A stretch of DNA of 63,533 nt, the filler included, from Globobulimina sp. (taxonomy: Eukaryota), in the NCBI GenBank assembly GCA_003354225.1. It is 37 parts of 37 records of this genome, joined end to end, with 100 filler letters (N's around TTAATTAATTAA, not from the genome) between each part and the next. Parts side by side here need not be neighbours in the genome. Positions count along the whole stretch, not along the records: positions 34,411 to 36,030 come from PIVH01014022.1; positions 36,131 to 37,750 come from PIVH01014023.1; positions 37,851 to 39,470 come from PIVH01014024.1; positions 39,571 to 41,190 come from PIVH01014025.1; positions 41,291 to 42,909 come from PIVH01014026.1; positions 43,010 to 44,628 come from PIVH01014027.1; positions 44,729 to 46,347 come from PIVH01014028.1; 30 more parts are not named here. One strand, 5' to 3'. The notes under the pieces are model-generated. The model was not told the origin of the DNA, ran no database searches, and saw only the letters and a program-made list of their open reading frames with translations. Position numbers and translations under genes: made by a program. Positions 34,549-46,447 of the stretch are shown here, piece by piece; within the stretch, counting starts at the first letter, position 1; the number at the start of each line of letters is the position of its first letter.

Positions 34549-36030
34549 TTAAAATTCTTGAGAACCAGTTAACACTAAATCACCTCCATCGGCAATGTCA
34601 ATATCTTCCTCTCCATCTCCATCTCCTTTAATCTTATTATTCTCATCATTGATATTCTCATTGCACTGTATTTGGATTTCTTGCTGCTGTGTTTGTAGTT
34701 GTTGCTTATTTAAGTTATCATAAACATTGTCAGTATTTTCAGTATCATTGGAATCATTATTTGTATCATTATTATTAATCAACAAATCCATCTCTTCGTT
34801 ACCAACATCAACATCACCACTCTTAATCTCTAATGGTGTACATGTCTCTGCTGTCAATTTCATTTCTAATTCTTTCAATTCCTCCAATGTCAAGTCTTGA
34901 TGTTCTATTGTTTGTATTTGTGCTGGTTCTGCTTGTTCTGCCTCTGCCTCTTCCTCTTCTTGTGCTTGTGCGTCTTGCTCATTTTCTATCGTATCATTTT
35001 GTGATTGTTGCGGTGGTTCGTGTGGTAATTCATCATTTCTATGCATTTCCATTTGCATTTGCAATGCGGATTCATTCTTTTCTTCCTCATTCACCATTAC
35101 AGACTCTTCAATTTCTGCTTTGGGTATTTGAGCTTCTTCATTTGGCTCTGCTTCGGCTGCCATTATTTCTTCATTCAATTGTGGCTGTACATGTTGTGGT
35201 GGTGCTGGTATTTCCTCATTTGGAATTTGCTCAATTTGTGCTTGAATGTGTTGATATTCTGTCTTTAGCACTTCTTCGTTATCTGCATGCTGTACATCTT
35301 CAATATCACTGACAGGCGCATCAGGCGAAGGTATCTCATCTACGACATTCGCGTCATCCATATTCACATTCACATCCACATTCATCCCATCTGCCGCCAC
35401 ATCAATGTCAGGCTCAGGAAATCCATCATCTTCATCCACACCACACACATTCTCCTCTTCTTTCGCATTCGCATTCACATTGACATCCACGCTCTCAATC
35501 TCATTCTCCTCTTCCTTCACATACATATTCTCATTCTCATTCTCCTCATTCTGCGGATGTAACGCATTGCTAATCTCTGCTAAATCGCCTATTCTCCCGT
35601 CACCTTTGTTCGCCATAAATATAGCACCAAATATCGCCGACCCTTTCCCAATATCACCACTCTCATTACCCATACTTAGAATATTCACATTATTACTCAT
35701 ATTGCCGCCCATCGCATGCGCCACCTCCCTATTATTACTATTCTCATTACCATCCATATCGATATCCCCATCGCCACACATTCCCACCATACTATTACTA
35801 TACATATACTCGCCATGGCCATGCCCGCCATCACCAAAACCACCGTCATCGCCACGTGCACCCACCGCCGTGCACTCGTTACAAAACCACTTCTCCTCCG
35901 GCACGCATCCCAGCCCTACACACAACAAATGGAAGGCATGCGGACAGCCGTCGCACAGCACCAACTCGCCGCACTTCCCACACTTATAACACACATCATC
36001 GCTCACATCGTCCCCGCCCGTGCCGCCCCG
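34549..36030 (-). CDS. PHD-finger protein with a long acidic disordered tail (5'-partial)
   Basis: CYKCGKCGELVLCDGCPHAFHLLCVGL..VPEEKWFCNEC. Confidence 0.85.
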   Translation of the reverse strand, partial: RGGTGGDDVSDDVCYKCGKCGELVLCDGCPHAFHLLCVGLGCVPEEKWFCNECTAVGARGDDGGFGDGGHGHGEYMYSNSMVGMCGDGDIDMDGNENSNNREVAHAMGGNMSNNVNILSMGNESGDIGKGSAIFGAIFMANKGDGRIGDLAEISNALHPQNEENENENMYVKEEENEIESVDVNVNANAKEEENVCGVDEDDGFPEPDIDVAADGMNVDVNVNMDDANVVDEIPSPDAPVSDIEDVQHADNEEVLKTEYQHIQAQIEQIPNEEIPAPPQHVQPQLNEEIMAAEAEPNEEAQIPKAEIEESVMVNEEEKNESALQMQMEMHRNDELPHEPPQQSQNDTIENEQDAQAQEEEEAEAEQAEPAQIQTIEHQDLTLEELKELEMKLTAETCTPLEIKSGDVDVGNEEMDLLINNNDTNNDSNDTENTDNVYDNLNKQQLQTQQQEIQIQCNENINDENNKIKGDGDGEEDIDIADGGDLVLTGSQEF

Positions 36031-36376
36031 NNNNNNNNNNNNNNNNNNNNNNNNNNNNNNNNNNNNNNNNNNNNTTAATTAATTAANNNNNNNNNNNNNN
36101 NNNNNNNNNNNNNNNNNNNNNNNNNNNNNNAATATTGTTGTGTCTGTTATGATGTCATTATTGTCAATGATATAGTTTTATAATTATAGAAATTCCATTT
36201 ATCTTTATTCTTTTTTTCTTTATCTTTAAATCAGAGCGTGAATCTCATGGTAATCCTCTACTCAATGAGCAATTAAAGCTTTTTAAGTTTCAACCAATAA
36301 ACACAATCGAAAACCAAAAGCCATGCATGCTTTTTAAAAATGTTTAAGGTTAGAAAGTTTTTCTCTTTTGTTTTTA

Positions 36377-37159
36377 ATGAAAACGTCTCGTGCAGCAATG
36401 TGTAGTTTTGAGAATAATCCAAGATGTTATGGTTGTAAATGTATGTCAATAAGATCAGGAATTTTGCTGATAGCAATATCGGAATTATTAGAATCTGTTT
36501 TTTTGTTATTATGGATTGCACGGAAGAGATCAACCAACGATTTAAATCGTATGCATGGAACATTAGTCCAAATAATAGCAGGTTTTTATGTAACATTAAT
36601 ACCATTAATTGTATTTTTTATCTCATCTATTCTTGGCATTGTTGCTGGATATCGATATCGAAGCAGATCTAACAACAGTTTGGCATCGATTTACTTTATT
36701 TCATCTGTCAGTATAACGGCATGTGTCAGTGTATATGCTCTGGGTTTGGTGTGTGGTTCAATAGAATGCGCCTTTACAAGCTTAACAATTGAAAATGCTG
36801 AGAAATGCGAGCTTAGAAATGAGTCAATTACATTTGTCGTTTATGCAGCCTTTAGAATTTATTGCTGTTTTAATATTTACAAATTTAAGCATCATTCAAC
36901 TATCAAAGTTATGCAACGACCACAATCACAATCTATCAATTTGGCGCAAACAACGCCAGAACTTAAAATTACAATTGGTCGAAATGCAATAAAACATAAA
37001 AGTATTACAATGACGGAAGGGGAAGAAATATGCGATGAGTTATTCAGCGAAGGGGCGCAGAAAGCAGCAACATCCACAACCTTGACAACACGAAACAAAA
37101 TGAATGAAACACTTTACAAACCAACATTGTTAAATAAACTAGCATTCAAACAAAAATGA
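36377..37159 (+). CDS. Four-TM membrane protein with a Cys-rich N-terminus
   Basis: CYGCKCMSIRSG start, four hydrophobic segments and a polar tail. Confidence 0.65.
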   Translation: MKTSRAAMCSFENNPRCYGCKCMSIRSGILLIAISELLESVFLLLWIARKRSTNDLNRMHGTLVQIIAGFYVTLIPLIVFFISSILGIVAGYRYRSRSNNSLASIYFISSVSITACVSVYALGLVCGSIECAFTSLTIENAEKCELRNESITFVVYAAFRIYCCFNIYKFKHHSTIKVMQRPQSQSINLAQTTPELKITIGRNAIKHKSITMTEGEEICDELFSEGAQKAATSTTLTTRNKMNETLYKPTLLNKLAFKQK

Positions 37160-37421
37160 ATGAGTCACTAAAAAAATGTACGATCATTAGATTTTAATAA
37201 AGCAAATATTATTACCCATTGTGTCTGATTTCTCATTTCTCTCATTTACGTATTTGATTTGTAAACGTTTCACTGTTATGACTTAAAAAATTAGTGTTGA
37301 TTGCAATGTATTTAGTTAGTTTTTATCGGTGCCTTCCTATCGGTGTTACAATATTATAAATTGTTGTAAGATGATAAATTAAAAGGCGAAATATCATAAT
37401 ACATAGTTTGTTGAACAAACT

Positions 37422-37750
37422 TTAGATAGTTTCTAAATTGCCACATTTCTCCAATAGTTTCTCAATCTTTTTAATATGCGACTCGTACATTTTATCATAT
37501 TGACATGCATTTTTATAATCTTTCAAACATTCCTCTAAATAGGATTTATTATTATTATTATTGTTTTGGTTGTTATTATTACGTTTCCACAAAGACAAAT
37601 ACGAACCAGCTCGTTTTACGAAAGCTTTATAATCGTTGTTATGATCAGCTTCAATAATTTTATTACAATCGCTTATGCATTTTACGAATTGTTTTGAAGC
37701 AAAATATGCTGAACTACGATTATTTAAACATTGGTATTGCAAAAACATAT
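37422..37750 (-). CDS. TPR-repeat protein C-terminus (5'-partial)
   Basis: LNNRSSAYF...CISDCNKII...YKAFVKRA. Confidence 0.75.
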
Positions 37751-37850
37751 NNNNNNNNNNNNNNNNNNNNNNNNNNNNNNNNNNNNNNNNNNNNTTAATT
37801 AATTAANNNNNNNNNNNNNNNNNNNNNNNNNNNNNNNNNNNNNNNNNNNN

Positions 37851-38213
37851 TTAAGTTTTGGTTCATCATTTGTTAGTACAGTACTTTTTTAAATTGCTTT
37901 GATATTAAAACTCCATTCACAATATTTCAAAGTCGGAAGGAAAATAGGTTAATAATAAAATGTTAATGGTTCCCGATGAAACACAACCTTTAAGAATTCA
38001 ATTTTGACTTTCAATGTTTTTATTTTGAATAATCTGTAAAAAAATTTAAATTCAAAGAGTTTACAGTAAAAACAGTAATTTCAAACTGAAAAGCAAAAAG
38101 TTAAATGTTATTAACCTATTTTCCTTCCAGACTTTCAAATATTGTGAATGGAGTTTTAATATCAAAGCAATTTAAAAAAGTACTGTACTAACAAATGTTC
38201 AACCAAAACTTAA
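37851..38213. repeat. About 105-bp inverted duplication that includes the start codon of the adjacent gene
   Basis: 37851-37955 versus 38108-38213, differing by 3 substitutions and 1 indel, with a 152-bp spacer. Confidence 0.9.
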
Positions 38214-39052
38214 AATGGTGCGCGGTGTTGTCAACTCTATCAGCAATAATACTCACGGTATTATTGTCAATATCTGACGTACAATCACCTCTTTCCATTT
38301 ACGCATTCGAACCATTCATTGCAGGAAATAATTCGTGTTACATGGTGCAAGCACTGTATCCAAAAGACAAACTCAACGATATTCTCCCTCACAACTTTAT
38401 GATTCCCAACAATTCAGTCATGCGTGCTTTTTACCCCAACACTTATAAGCATCCGTTTTTGATGAGTTTCTGTCATGGCAGCAATATTGGTGTGCTAGGA
38501 AGACAAAGCAAAACACCTCAAATGCCAGCGCCTGAACAAGAGGAAATTATGTTCATCTTTCCAGTCATATACACTGCAGACAATAATAAATCTCACTTAT
38601 GCTCTTATGTGCCGGTGTTGTATTTGAACTCATCATTCGGAGTGATTGGAGGTCTGTATTATGGATTGAGAAAGGAATATCACTCACAGCTACGGACACA
38701 GACGGACAGTAATCCAAACAGCAAATCATGGCATATCAAAGATATTATCAAAGCATCTTTCACTCAAATCAAAGTTTACAGTCATGATCACGAAAAAGAA
38801 ATGCTTCCACAGTTCATCACACAGACATTCACAAATCCCTTCATCACAATCTCATATCCACCATTTTACTCAGTCACTCTCTACCAGGCGAAAATATATC
38901 CCATCACTGGCAGTGTGAAAAAATCCACAGAGAGTGTCATTTGGAATTACAAAGGTGTTACTGTGGAAGCTAATGGTTCATTGAGTATTTTCGCAAAGTA
39001 TTGGTTCACTCTGACGGTTGCGATGAATCCCACACAATGTTTTTCCGAATAA
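38195..39052 (+). CDS. Acetoacetate-decarboxylase-like fold protein with an N-terminal signal or anchor
   Basis: EQEEIMFIFPV...YVPVLYLNS..GVIGGLYYGLRK resembles the ADC LYLD...GGRE..G.PK motif. Confidence 0.55.
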   Translation: MFNQNLKWCAVLSTLSAIILTVLLSISDVQSPLSIYAFEPFIAGNNSCYMVQALYPKDKLNDILPHNFMIPNNSVMRAFYPNTYKHPFLMSFCHGSNIGVLGRQSKTPQMPAPEQEEIMFIFPVIYTADNNKSHLCSYVPVLYLNSSFGVIGGLYYGLRKEYHSQLRTQTDSNPNSKSWHIKDIIKASFTQIKVYSHDHEKEMLPQFITQTFTNPFITISYPPFYSVTLYQAKIYPITGSVKKSTESVIWNYKGVTVEANGSLSIFAKYWFTLTVAMNPTQCFSE

Positions 39053-39570
39053 AACCAATAAAGCTTATAAGTTGTAATCCATTGTATGAACCCTTGTCGA
39101 TTAATTCTTCTTTCTTTTTTTAAATCTACAAAAAAAAACTTTACTCAAGTCTCACTCTCAGTCCAACATGTCAATTCTATTTATCGCCTTATCAATATGT
39201 TTATTATCCATTGGTCATGGCGCAGAGATTCGCCGAGTCAAAAATATGATTTTTTTTTATTAGAAATTTAAAATTGATAAAAATATGTTTTTTGAATATC
39301 TCGTTACTAGTAATGTCTCGTGGCACTATTTAAAATACTAACCTATTATCACCTATTTTTCATGGATTATTGTCATTTTTCATGGAATTATTCTGGGGAT
39401 GGGTTGTGCGGCGGCCCCGCTGCCGCACCTTCTTCTCAATGGTTCAAGGGTCCCCGACCCACCTAGGTCGNNNNNNNNNNNNNNNNNNNNNNNNNNNNNN
39501 NNNNNNNNNNNNNNTTAATTAATTAANNNNNNNNNNNNNNNNNNNNNNNNNNNNNNNNNNNNNNNNNNNN

Positions 39571-40924
39571 TGACGCAGACTTTATTGGGCAACAAGAATA
39601 CGGAAATTAACATATCGAACAGATTTAATCATAACGAGACTGCGTTGCATTACTGCATTACTGCATTGCAGCAGAATCCCGCACGTTATGTGGTATGTTG
39701 CTGAGGAATACTAAATTGAATATCCACCAATTGACATCTTACGGCGACACCTATCTCCATTACAGCGCCAAACGACGCAATGAAGAGATTGCGTTGATGG
39801 TTGTTGACGAGAAACAACATAACATTCCAGATATCAATGCGCGGGATCAAACTGCTGGGGATACGGCGTTACATTTATCGATGAGCAAAGCGAAATTATT
39901 CGAGACATTGGTGACTGTATTTCATGATCGCATTGATCTCAATGTCCATAACAAAGAAGGCGTTGTGCCGTTGATGAATGCGGCGGAATATACGGATAAC
40001 AATCACACTTTGGATTTATTGCTAATTCAAGCAAAGTTAGAGGTGAATGCAGTGGATAATGCCGGAAATGCAGCCTTACATCGAATCACCTGTAAAGACA
40101 ACACATTGGCGAACTTTACAAAATTATTAAAACATCCAACAGTTAGTGTCAACCTACAAAATAAACAAAGAGGCTATGCTCCATTGCATATCGCCTATGC
40201 ACAGGATGCGGATAATTGGATGTATCAAAAAATGCAGTTATTATTGGCTCATTGCAATATCAATGTAAATTTGCAAACCACTTTGGCAGGAAATACTGCG
40301 TTACATTTTGGTGTCGATTTGGAATTATGGTGGAAACCGCAACGAAGAAGTAAACTAATTTTGTTATTAAGCCAACCAAACATAAATACAAATGTTGCTA
40401 ATTATGACAGGAAGACGGCAGCTGATATTTGCAAGGCACAGATTGCGAAATGGAGGCGAGAATTGCGAGCAGCGAAGGAAGATTTGGTGAGAAAAAGAAA
40501 CGAATTGGAGAGATATCAGCGGATTTATGAAGGAAAGAAGAGAGAGTATGATGACGAATATAGGCGGTATGGCCGAGTGGAGAGTGAGTATAATAAAGTG
40601 AAGGCAGAGTATGATGCAAAGAAAGCAGAGTATGATGCATATAAAAGTGAGTATGATCGGGCGGAATATGAGGAGAGACGGAATCTGCGACGACCTGGAT
40701 CTGCGCCAAGTGATTATAAGGTGAATAACATGAAAAGTGAATTGTATGCGGCGAAGAGGAAATTGGATGAAAAGGAAATGAATATGAACACTGCGAAAAG
40801 AGATCGTGATGCTGCGCAAGATCGAGTGGATGAGGCAATTCGTCATGTGGAGAAATGCCAAAATGCGTTGAATGCAGCGCATGAAATAGATGCGATATTG
40901 CGGCAATATATGGCTGCTTCTTGA
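39571..40924 (+). CDS. Ankyrin-repeat plus coiled-coil protein; its 5' part is frameshifted by an 8-bp duplication
   Basis: Multiple G.TALH repeats. Removing one TGCATTAC at 39646-39661 restores ETALHYCIAAESRTLCGMLLRN. Confidence 0.85.
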
Positions 40925-41290
40925 GTTTTTAATGTATTATGTACAGAATCTCTTGTCTTGTAATTGTAAACGTTTTTGATAACGTTTATTATGTTTTTTG
41001 CGAAATGAACTTATAATACAAACACAACTCTCACACTTTACTTTGTTATTTCCTAACACCTTCAAGTTGCTGCTGCACATCCATTATACTAATTTGTTCC
41101 AAAAACTTAGGCTCGAGCTCAATACCATCATTATTTTCAATCTCATTTTCATTCACATGTTCAGGCTCTATCTCTTCATCATATTTCTGTNNNNNNNNNN
41201 NNNNNNNNNNNNNNNNNNNNNNNNNNNNNNNNNNTTAATTAATTAANNNNNNNNNNNNNNNNNNNNNNNNNNNNNNNNNNNNNNNNNNNN

Positions 41291-42029
41291 GACGGCCACG
41301 GCGCCGGCGCCCATTCATGCGAATTCCAGCACAGATCGCGTGTTCATGGACCGTATCGACGAATTAATCTCGAATTTGGAGAGTGATTCGAAAAAAAATG
41401 GAAGCTCCAACTCGAAATCCAAGAAAAAAGAGAGGAAACCGATCTGTCCAACGTGCGGGCAGAAATTTAAAAATTTCCAAGCTTTGGGCGGACACAAAAA
41501 AAAACATAATCCAAATTGGGGCCGGAACAGAAAAAAAGATAAGCAAACTGAGAGAGGGAAAGCAGTGACTTTGCAGAAAAAAGTCAAGAAGCACCAAATT
41601 GCAGTTGCTGACAATGGAAATGAGGAAGGTTTGGACGTACGGATGAAAGACAAAGAAAAGGAGATTTGCGATATTAATTTTTCGACCATGCCGCAGATAC
41701 AAATAAAAATGCCGCCGCCGCCGCCACCAAAGTTGGAGAGTGACAGTGACGACGACGAGGATGTAAATAATAACATAGTCTTAAATGAATCGTCGAGTAT
41801 TTATGTTCGAAAAGAAAGAAAGAATGATTTTAATATTAAACAATATCCATTTGGACCGCTATGGATTCCTCCTCAAAACAGTCATATTTTCGCACAGAAA
41901 ATAAAAAATAGAGCAAAGGACCAAAATGGTAATACCAACAATAAAGAGGCAGTGCAATGGATAAATACAAGAAAAATGAGCGTGTCACAAAAATTTGGCT
42001 CTCTTATCTTACATTTTGATGAAATTTGA
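41291..42029 (+). CDS. Single C2H2 zinc-finger protein with a QALGGH motif (5'-partial)
   Basis: CPTCGQKFKNFQALGGHKKKH. Confidence 0.8.
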
Positions 42030-42317
42030 AATTGAAGCAACAACAAACATTCTTTGAATCGGATATAAAAATATTTTCTTGTGTTTTTGGATTGTTTATT
42101 GTTTTAACTTTTTTTTTTATTCGAAATATTTTTTTGATGATTTAGATTTTTTTAAAATTATAACTTTAATATCAAGTTTTGTATTTTTTTGTTTTGATTT
42201 TTTTGTTTATTTTATTGTTAATGATTCAGTATTTTGCAGTCGTAAAATCTTATATTTTCAGACAAAGAAGCAGTAAAATCTTACTAGTTTAACCGTTTGA
42301 AAGTTATGTTTATTTTT

Positions 42318-42530
42318 ATGATGCTTTTATTGATGCTGCTTACGGTTCGAGTGATCCTTAAATTTTTTCCCACATTTATTGCATGCAAAAGGTTTCTCTC
42401 CAGAATGGACTGGACTCTTTTGTGCTTTTTTTTAAATTACCATTTTCTGCAAATGATTTGTCACATTCTTCAATGTTGATGCGTTGTAAATCTTTTTGTG
42501 CAATGAATACATCCATATTTGCCTTCATTT
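42318..42530 (-). pseudogene. Degenerate C2H2 zinc-finger array with TGEKP-type linkers
   Basis: HSGEKPFACNKCGKKFKDHSNRKQHQ*KH (TAA at 42327-42329); the upstream fingers are broken across frames. Confidence 0.65.
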
Positions 42531-43174
42531 GTATCTGATTTATATGATTTAGTGCATAAATGACATGATTTAGTACATTTATTTTTGCAATTGCAAATTT
42601 CTAAAATACGATCGATCATAAAATTAGTATTTTACCCATATTCAGTAATATCGAGACTGGGCAACGTGATTAAACCTAATATATATATGAGTAGATAATA
42701 TGCGTATATCTTATACTGTACAGACACATATGACAAGTGGAGAGCTAAAGGCAAAAATATGTAATATATATATATATATATATATGATCCACATGTGCCT
42801 ACAGCTCTCCACTGGTCATACAGTAGTGTTCCCGATAAGAGGTACGCATATTAGTACTAATATTATATATTATCTAATCATATATTTACGAAATCGTGGA
42901 GCTGTCAAGNNNNNNNNNNNNNNNNNNNNNNNNNNNNNNNNNNNNNNNNNNNNTTAATTAATTAANNNNNNNNNNNNNNNNNNNNNNNNNNNNNNNNNNN
43001 NNNNNNNNNTCAATGTGTTTGTAATTATTTATATAATATTAGTTTCATGTCCTTTTTGCCTCCAGTTCAGTTGTGAAATATTTTTGCGTATCCTGGCACA
43101 TTTGTATTATCCGATTGTTGTTTAAAAACGGAAACACGAAATAACCGCGAGAGCTGAGATGACCACACTGACTC

Positions 43175-43368
43175 TTTGAGCCTAGGTTTCCTAAATAGTT
43201 GCCTAAATAGTTGTCCATTTTCGTTTTTGGTCTGAAAAAGCAACTAAATAGTTGCTCATTTTCGTTTTTAGATTGGAATAGCAACTAAAAAGTTGCCTAT
43301 TTTCGTTTTTAGTCTGAAATAGCAACTAAATAGTTGCGCGGCAACTATTTAGGAAACCTAGGCTCAAA
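43175..43368. mobile_element. MITE-like element: 29-bp perfect TIRs enclosing three 41-bp tandem units
   Basis: TTTGAGCCTAGGTTTCCTAAATAGTTGCC (43175-43203) and its reverse complement (43340-43368). Units start at 43204, 43245 and 43286. No clear TSD. Confidence 0.75.
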
Positions 43369-44206
43369 ACTTTCGTCATTTTGCTTGACTTTTGTATTGT
43401 TGTATTGTCACTATTGTGTTTCTGTTGTACCAATCTGGGTAAAAACAAGTTTAATATCACCAACTGGCATTCTATGCAAACTATGAAAATAAATTCCCAG
43501 TGAAAACTCAAACAACAAAGGAAGGCAACGGAGCCAGCACTACGAAAAGAGTCAGCGGTATATATCGCTTTTGGTCGTCAAACACAAATACAAATACAAA
43601 TAACGCATCTCATAACGCAAACGCTACAAATGGCTTAGTCGTAGTTGAAAGTTACGGTGATATCGATATTAAAGAAATATCAAGTCCATCACTCTTCACT
43701 CTTCACATCACTCACCATCCTTTCGCAATTTTTAAGCGACAAAATAGGACCAAAACAAACAAAACATAAATCACCCAAACAAAGCAACATAACATACATA
43801 AAATAACAAAGAATTAGCAAAAGCAGAACCAGCCACAAAGAATTAGCAATTTTAGATTATTTCTCATTGAATTCAAATCGATCAAACTAATTTGCAATAA
43901 TTCCATTAAAATCAATTGCAAATCACCTAAATCACTACAATTCCCTTTAAACATCATCTAAAATAACCCATCAAAATCAAATATTATCGCATTTAGCGCC
44001 ACAAATATTTATATCGATAATCGGTTAAGTAATTTATAATACAATATACCAAACCTAAAACAAGCTTAATTGTGTTATAATTGTATACTGCGGCATAGTA
44101 CTGTTATCTCATAGTTATCCCAATAAACGGTATTGGAAACGTTTTTATTTGACGGTATACATATTGTTATCTCAGAGTATATATTTATAAACAGTTCATC
44201 ATCGCA

Positions 44207-44628
44207 ATGAGTATCGCTTATTCGTTATTTTTGTTAAACCGATATGGCGAAGAAGTAGAACCAAACCACAATAAACAACGCATGATTCGAATCTCGCATG
44301 AAGCCATTCGTCAAACCATACGTTGGAGTGGCAAAGTCATCGCCTTGTCTGGTTGTATATTATCGGCCACTTATTTTGGTTGGAAATCGGTCAGTGAGCC
44401 ATTGATTGTCAACGCACAGAATGGTGTCCAAGATCTGGTGATCCATAACGTGGCAGATACGGACTCGGACTCTGACGAAGAGAGTGATTTATACGCAGCG
44501 GTGAATAAGAACGATCCGTGCGAGAAATGTTGGTATCATTGCGGCAGCAAATCGACCATTCGTCCCTGGAGTATATTGATCAGCGTCGTTGTATATGCCG
44601 CCATCGCGCCCATTGGTTGGCAGTTTAC
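44207..44628 (+). CDS. Membrane protein N-terminus (3'-partial)
   Basis: ATG-initiated, two hydrophobic segments, open to the contig end. Confidence 0.55.
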
Positions 44629-44728
44629 NNNNNNNNNNNNNNNNNNNNNNNNNNNNNNNNNNNNNNNNNNNNTTAATTAATTAANNNNNNNNNNNNNNNN
44701 NNNNNNNNNNNNNNNNNNNNNNNNNNNN

Positions 44729-46347
44729 AACTCAGTTTGGATCATGGGTTGCATACAAAACGGCACAATTGCAAGTTCTGAAACAAATAAGAATCGAGAA
44801 CAAGAAGATGTATCCACAGTTATGTTTATATTTATATTTTTGGTACTTTTTTTGTATTGAATTCTTTAAAAAAAGAATGGTGAATATAACCAATCATCTC
44901 CCTCATCACCACATGGTTCGAACGATAGTATCATTGAAAGAATTTTCAGTGTACTCCAAAACGACAAAGACAAAGACGAAAAAGAAAAGGAAACTTTCGA
45001 TTGTTTGGATGTAATAAATGATGAAACCATATTAGCAATACACGAGGAACGCAAATATTTATTCAATGACGAGGACGACGATGATGGCCGAACAGGTTTT
45101 ATTCATTCAATAATGCATTAACTTATATATATTCTGTGATTTTCAGCAAAACGAGCAAAGAAAAAGAAATCATCAAACAATAACGAGGAAAACCGAAAAA
45201 AAAAGAAAAGTGGCAATAAATCGAATAAACGAAAAAATAAATTAAATGGTAAAAATACAAAACAAAATATAAATAAAAAAACAACAACCAAACAAAATGA
45301 AAAAAGCAAAATAAAGTAAGTATATATTATTTGTATGCTGTGTGAGTTATAAATGTATATTTTCTGAGAAATAAAAGCAAACAGAGATCCAAGCAGCAAA
45401 ATGGAGAGGATTCAGCAAAACAAGTTAATCGATTTAGGTCTAAAACAACACCGAATAAACTCGATAAAGCAGCTAAAAATGTGTCAAAACAAGAATTAAA
45501 ATCAAAACCAAAACTAAAAACAAAGGCAAAATCAAAACCGAAACCAAGAGCAAATACAGCAAAAAAGTATGAATATTAAGTGTACTCTGAAACTTTTTTT
45601 TTTTCAGCTTTGAGATTCAACGCAGGAATCTGAAATATGTTGCAATTAATTCAAGGAATTACTGGTAAATCCATTGAAGAAACTATTTCAAAGTCACATT
45701 AATAAAATATTTGAGATATCAGTGATGATTCCTGCGTCTTTGTACATGTCAGTCATTAATATAAGTCATATAACAAAAAAACAGGGTCTCTAAACAAAAA
45801 AGCGACACTCAAACATATGGAAAAAAAGCGAAAATCGGAAAATTGGAAAAGAAAAAAGCAGCAACACCGATTAAGTGAACATATATTACATATCATCGTG
45901 TTTCTACATATCACAACATACAAATTAAAAATACAGCACATCAAAGAAGAAAAAAAATGTTAAAAAAGAAGATGAACAAATTACTCGAATTCGATCCAAA
46001 ACAACTCCAAAGAAAGCAGTCAAAATTAAAAATGGGACCAAACAAGAATCGAAACCAAAATCTAAACCAAAATCTAAACCAACACCAAAAGCAAAACCAA
46101 ATGCAAATAAGTATGCATATGTTCTGTACATACAATGTCATCTCATTGTTGCTGAAAAAATAACAGGTTCAAACCAAAAAAGTCTGGAAAAAAGAAAAAA
46201 ACTGACATCAAAGACCTTGTTGATGATGAAAAAAAGGAAAAAGCAGAATTAATTTCAAAATCAAAACCAAAATCACGGGGCGCTGCCAATATGAAAAAGA
46301 AAACGGCAGCAACACCGACTAAGACTAGGTAGATATATCTCATCTGG
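44729..46347 (+). CDS. Internal part of a multi-exon gene with short Lys-rich exons
   Basis: Lys/Pro-rich coding blocks (KPKSKPKSKPTPKAKP) alternate with short AT-rich GT..AG introns. Exact boundaries are not resolved. Confidence 0.5.
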
Positions 46348-46447
46348 NNNNNNNNNNNNNNNNNNNNNNNNNNNNNNNNNNNNNNNNNNNNTTAATTAAT
46401 TAANNNNNNNNNNNNNNNNNNNNNNNNNNNNNNNNNNNNNNNNNNNN

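Noticed and set aside
39412..39434. GC-rich hairpin as a Helitron 3' end or terminator
   Set aside because: There is no CTRR terminus or U-tract at the expected distance, and too little context before the contig end.
43204..43337. CRISPR-like array (palindromic repeats at a fixed period)
   Set aside because: The intervening sequences are near-identical to each other rather than unique spacers, the array is enclosed by TIRs, and no cas genes are present.
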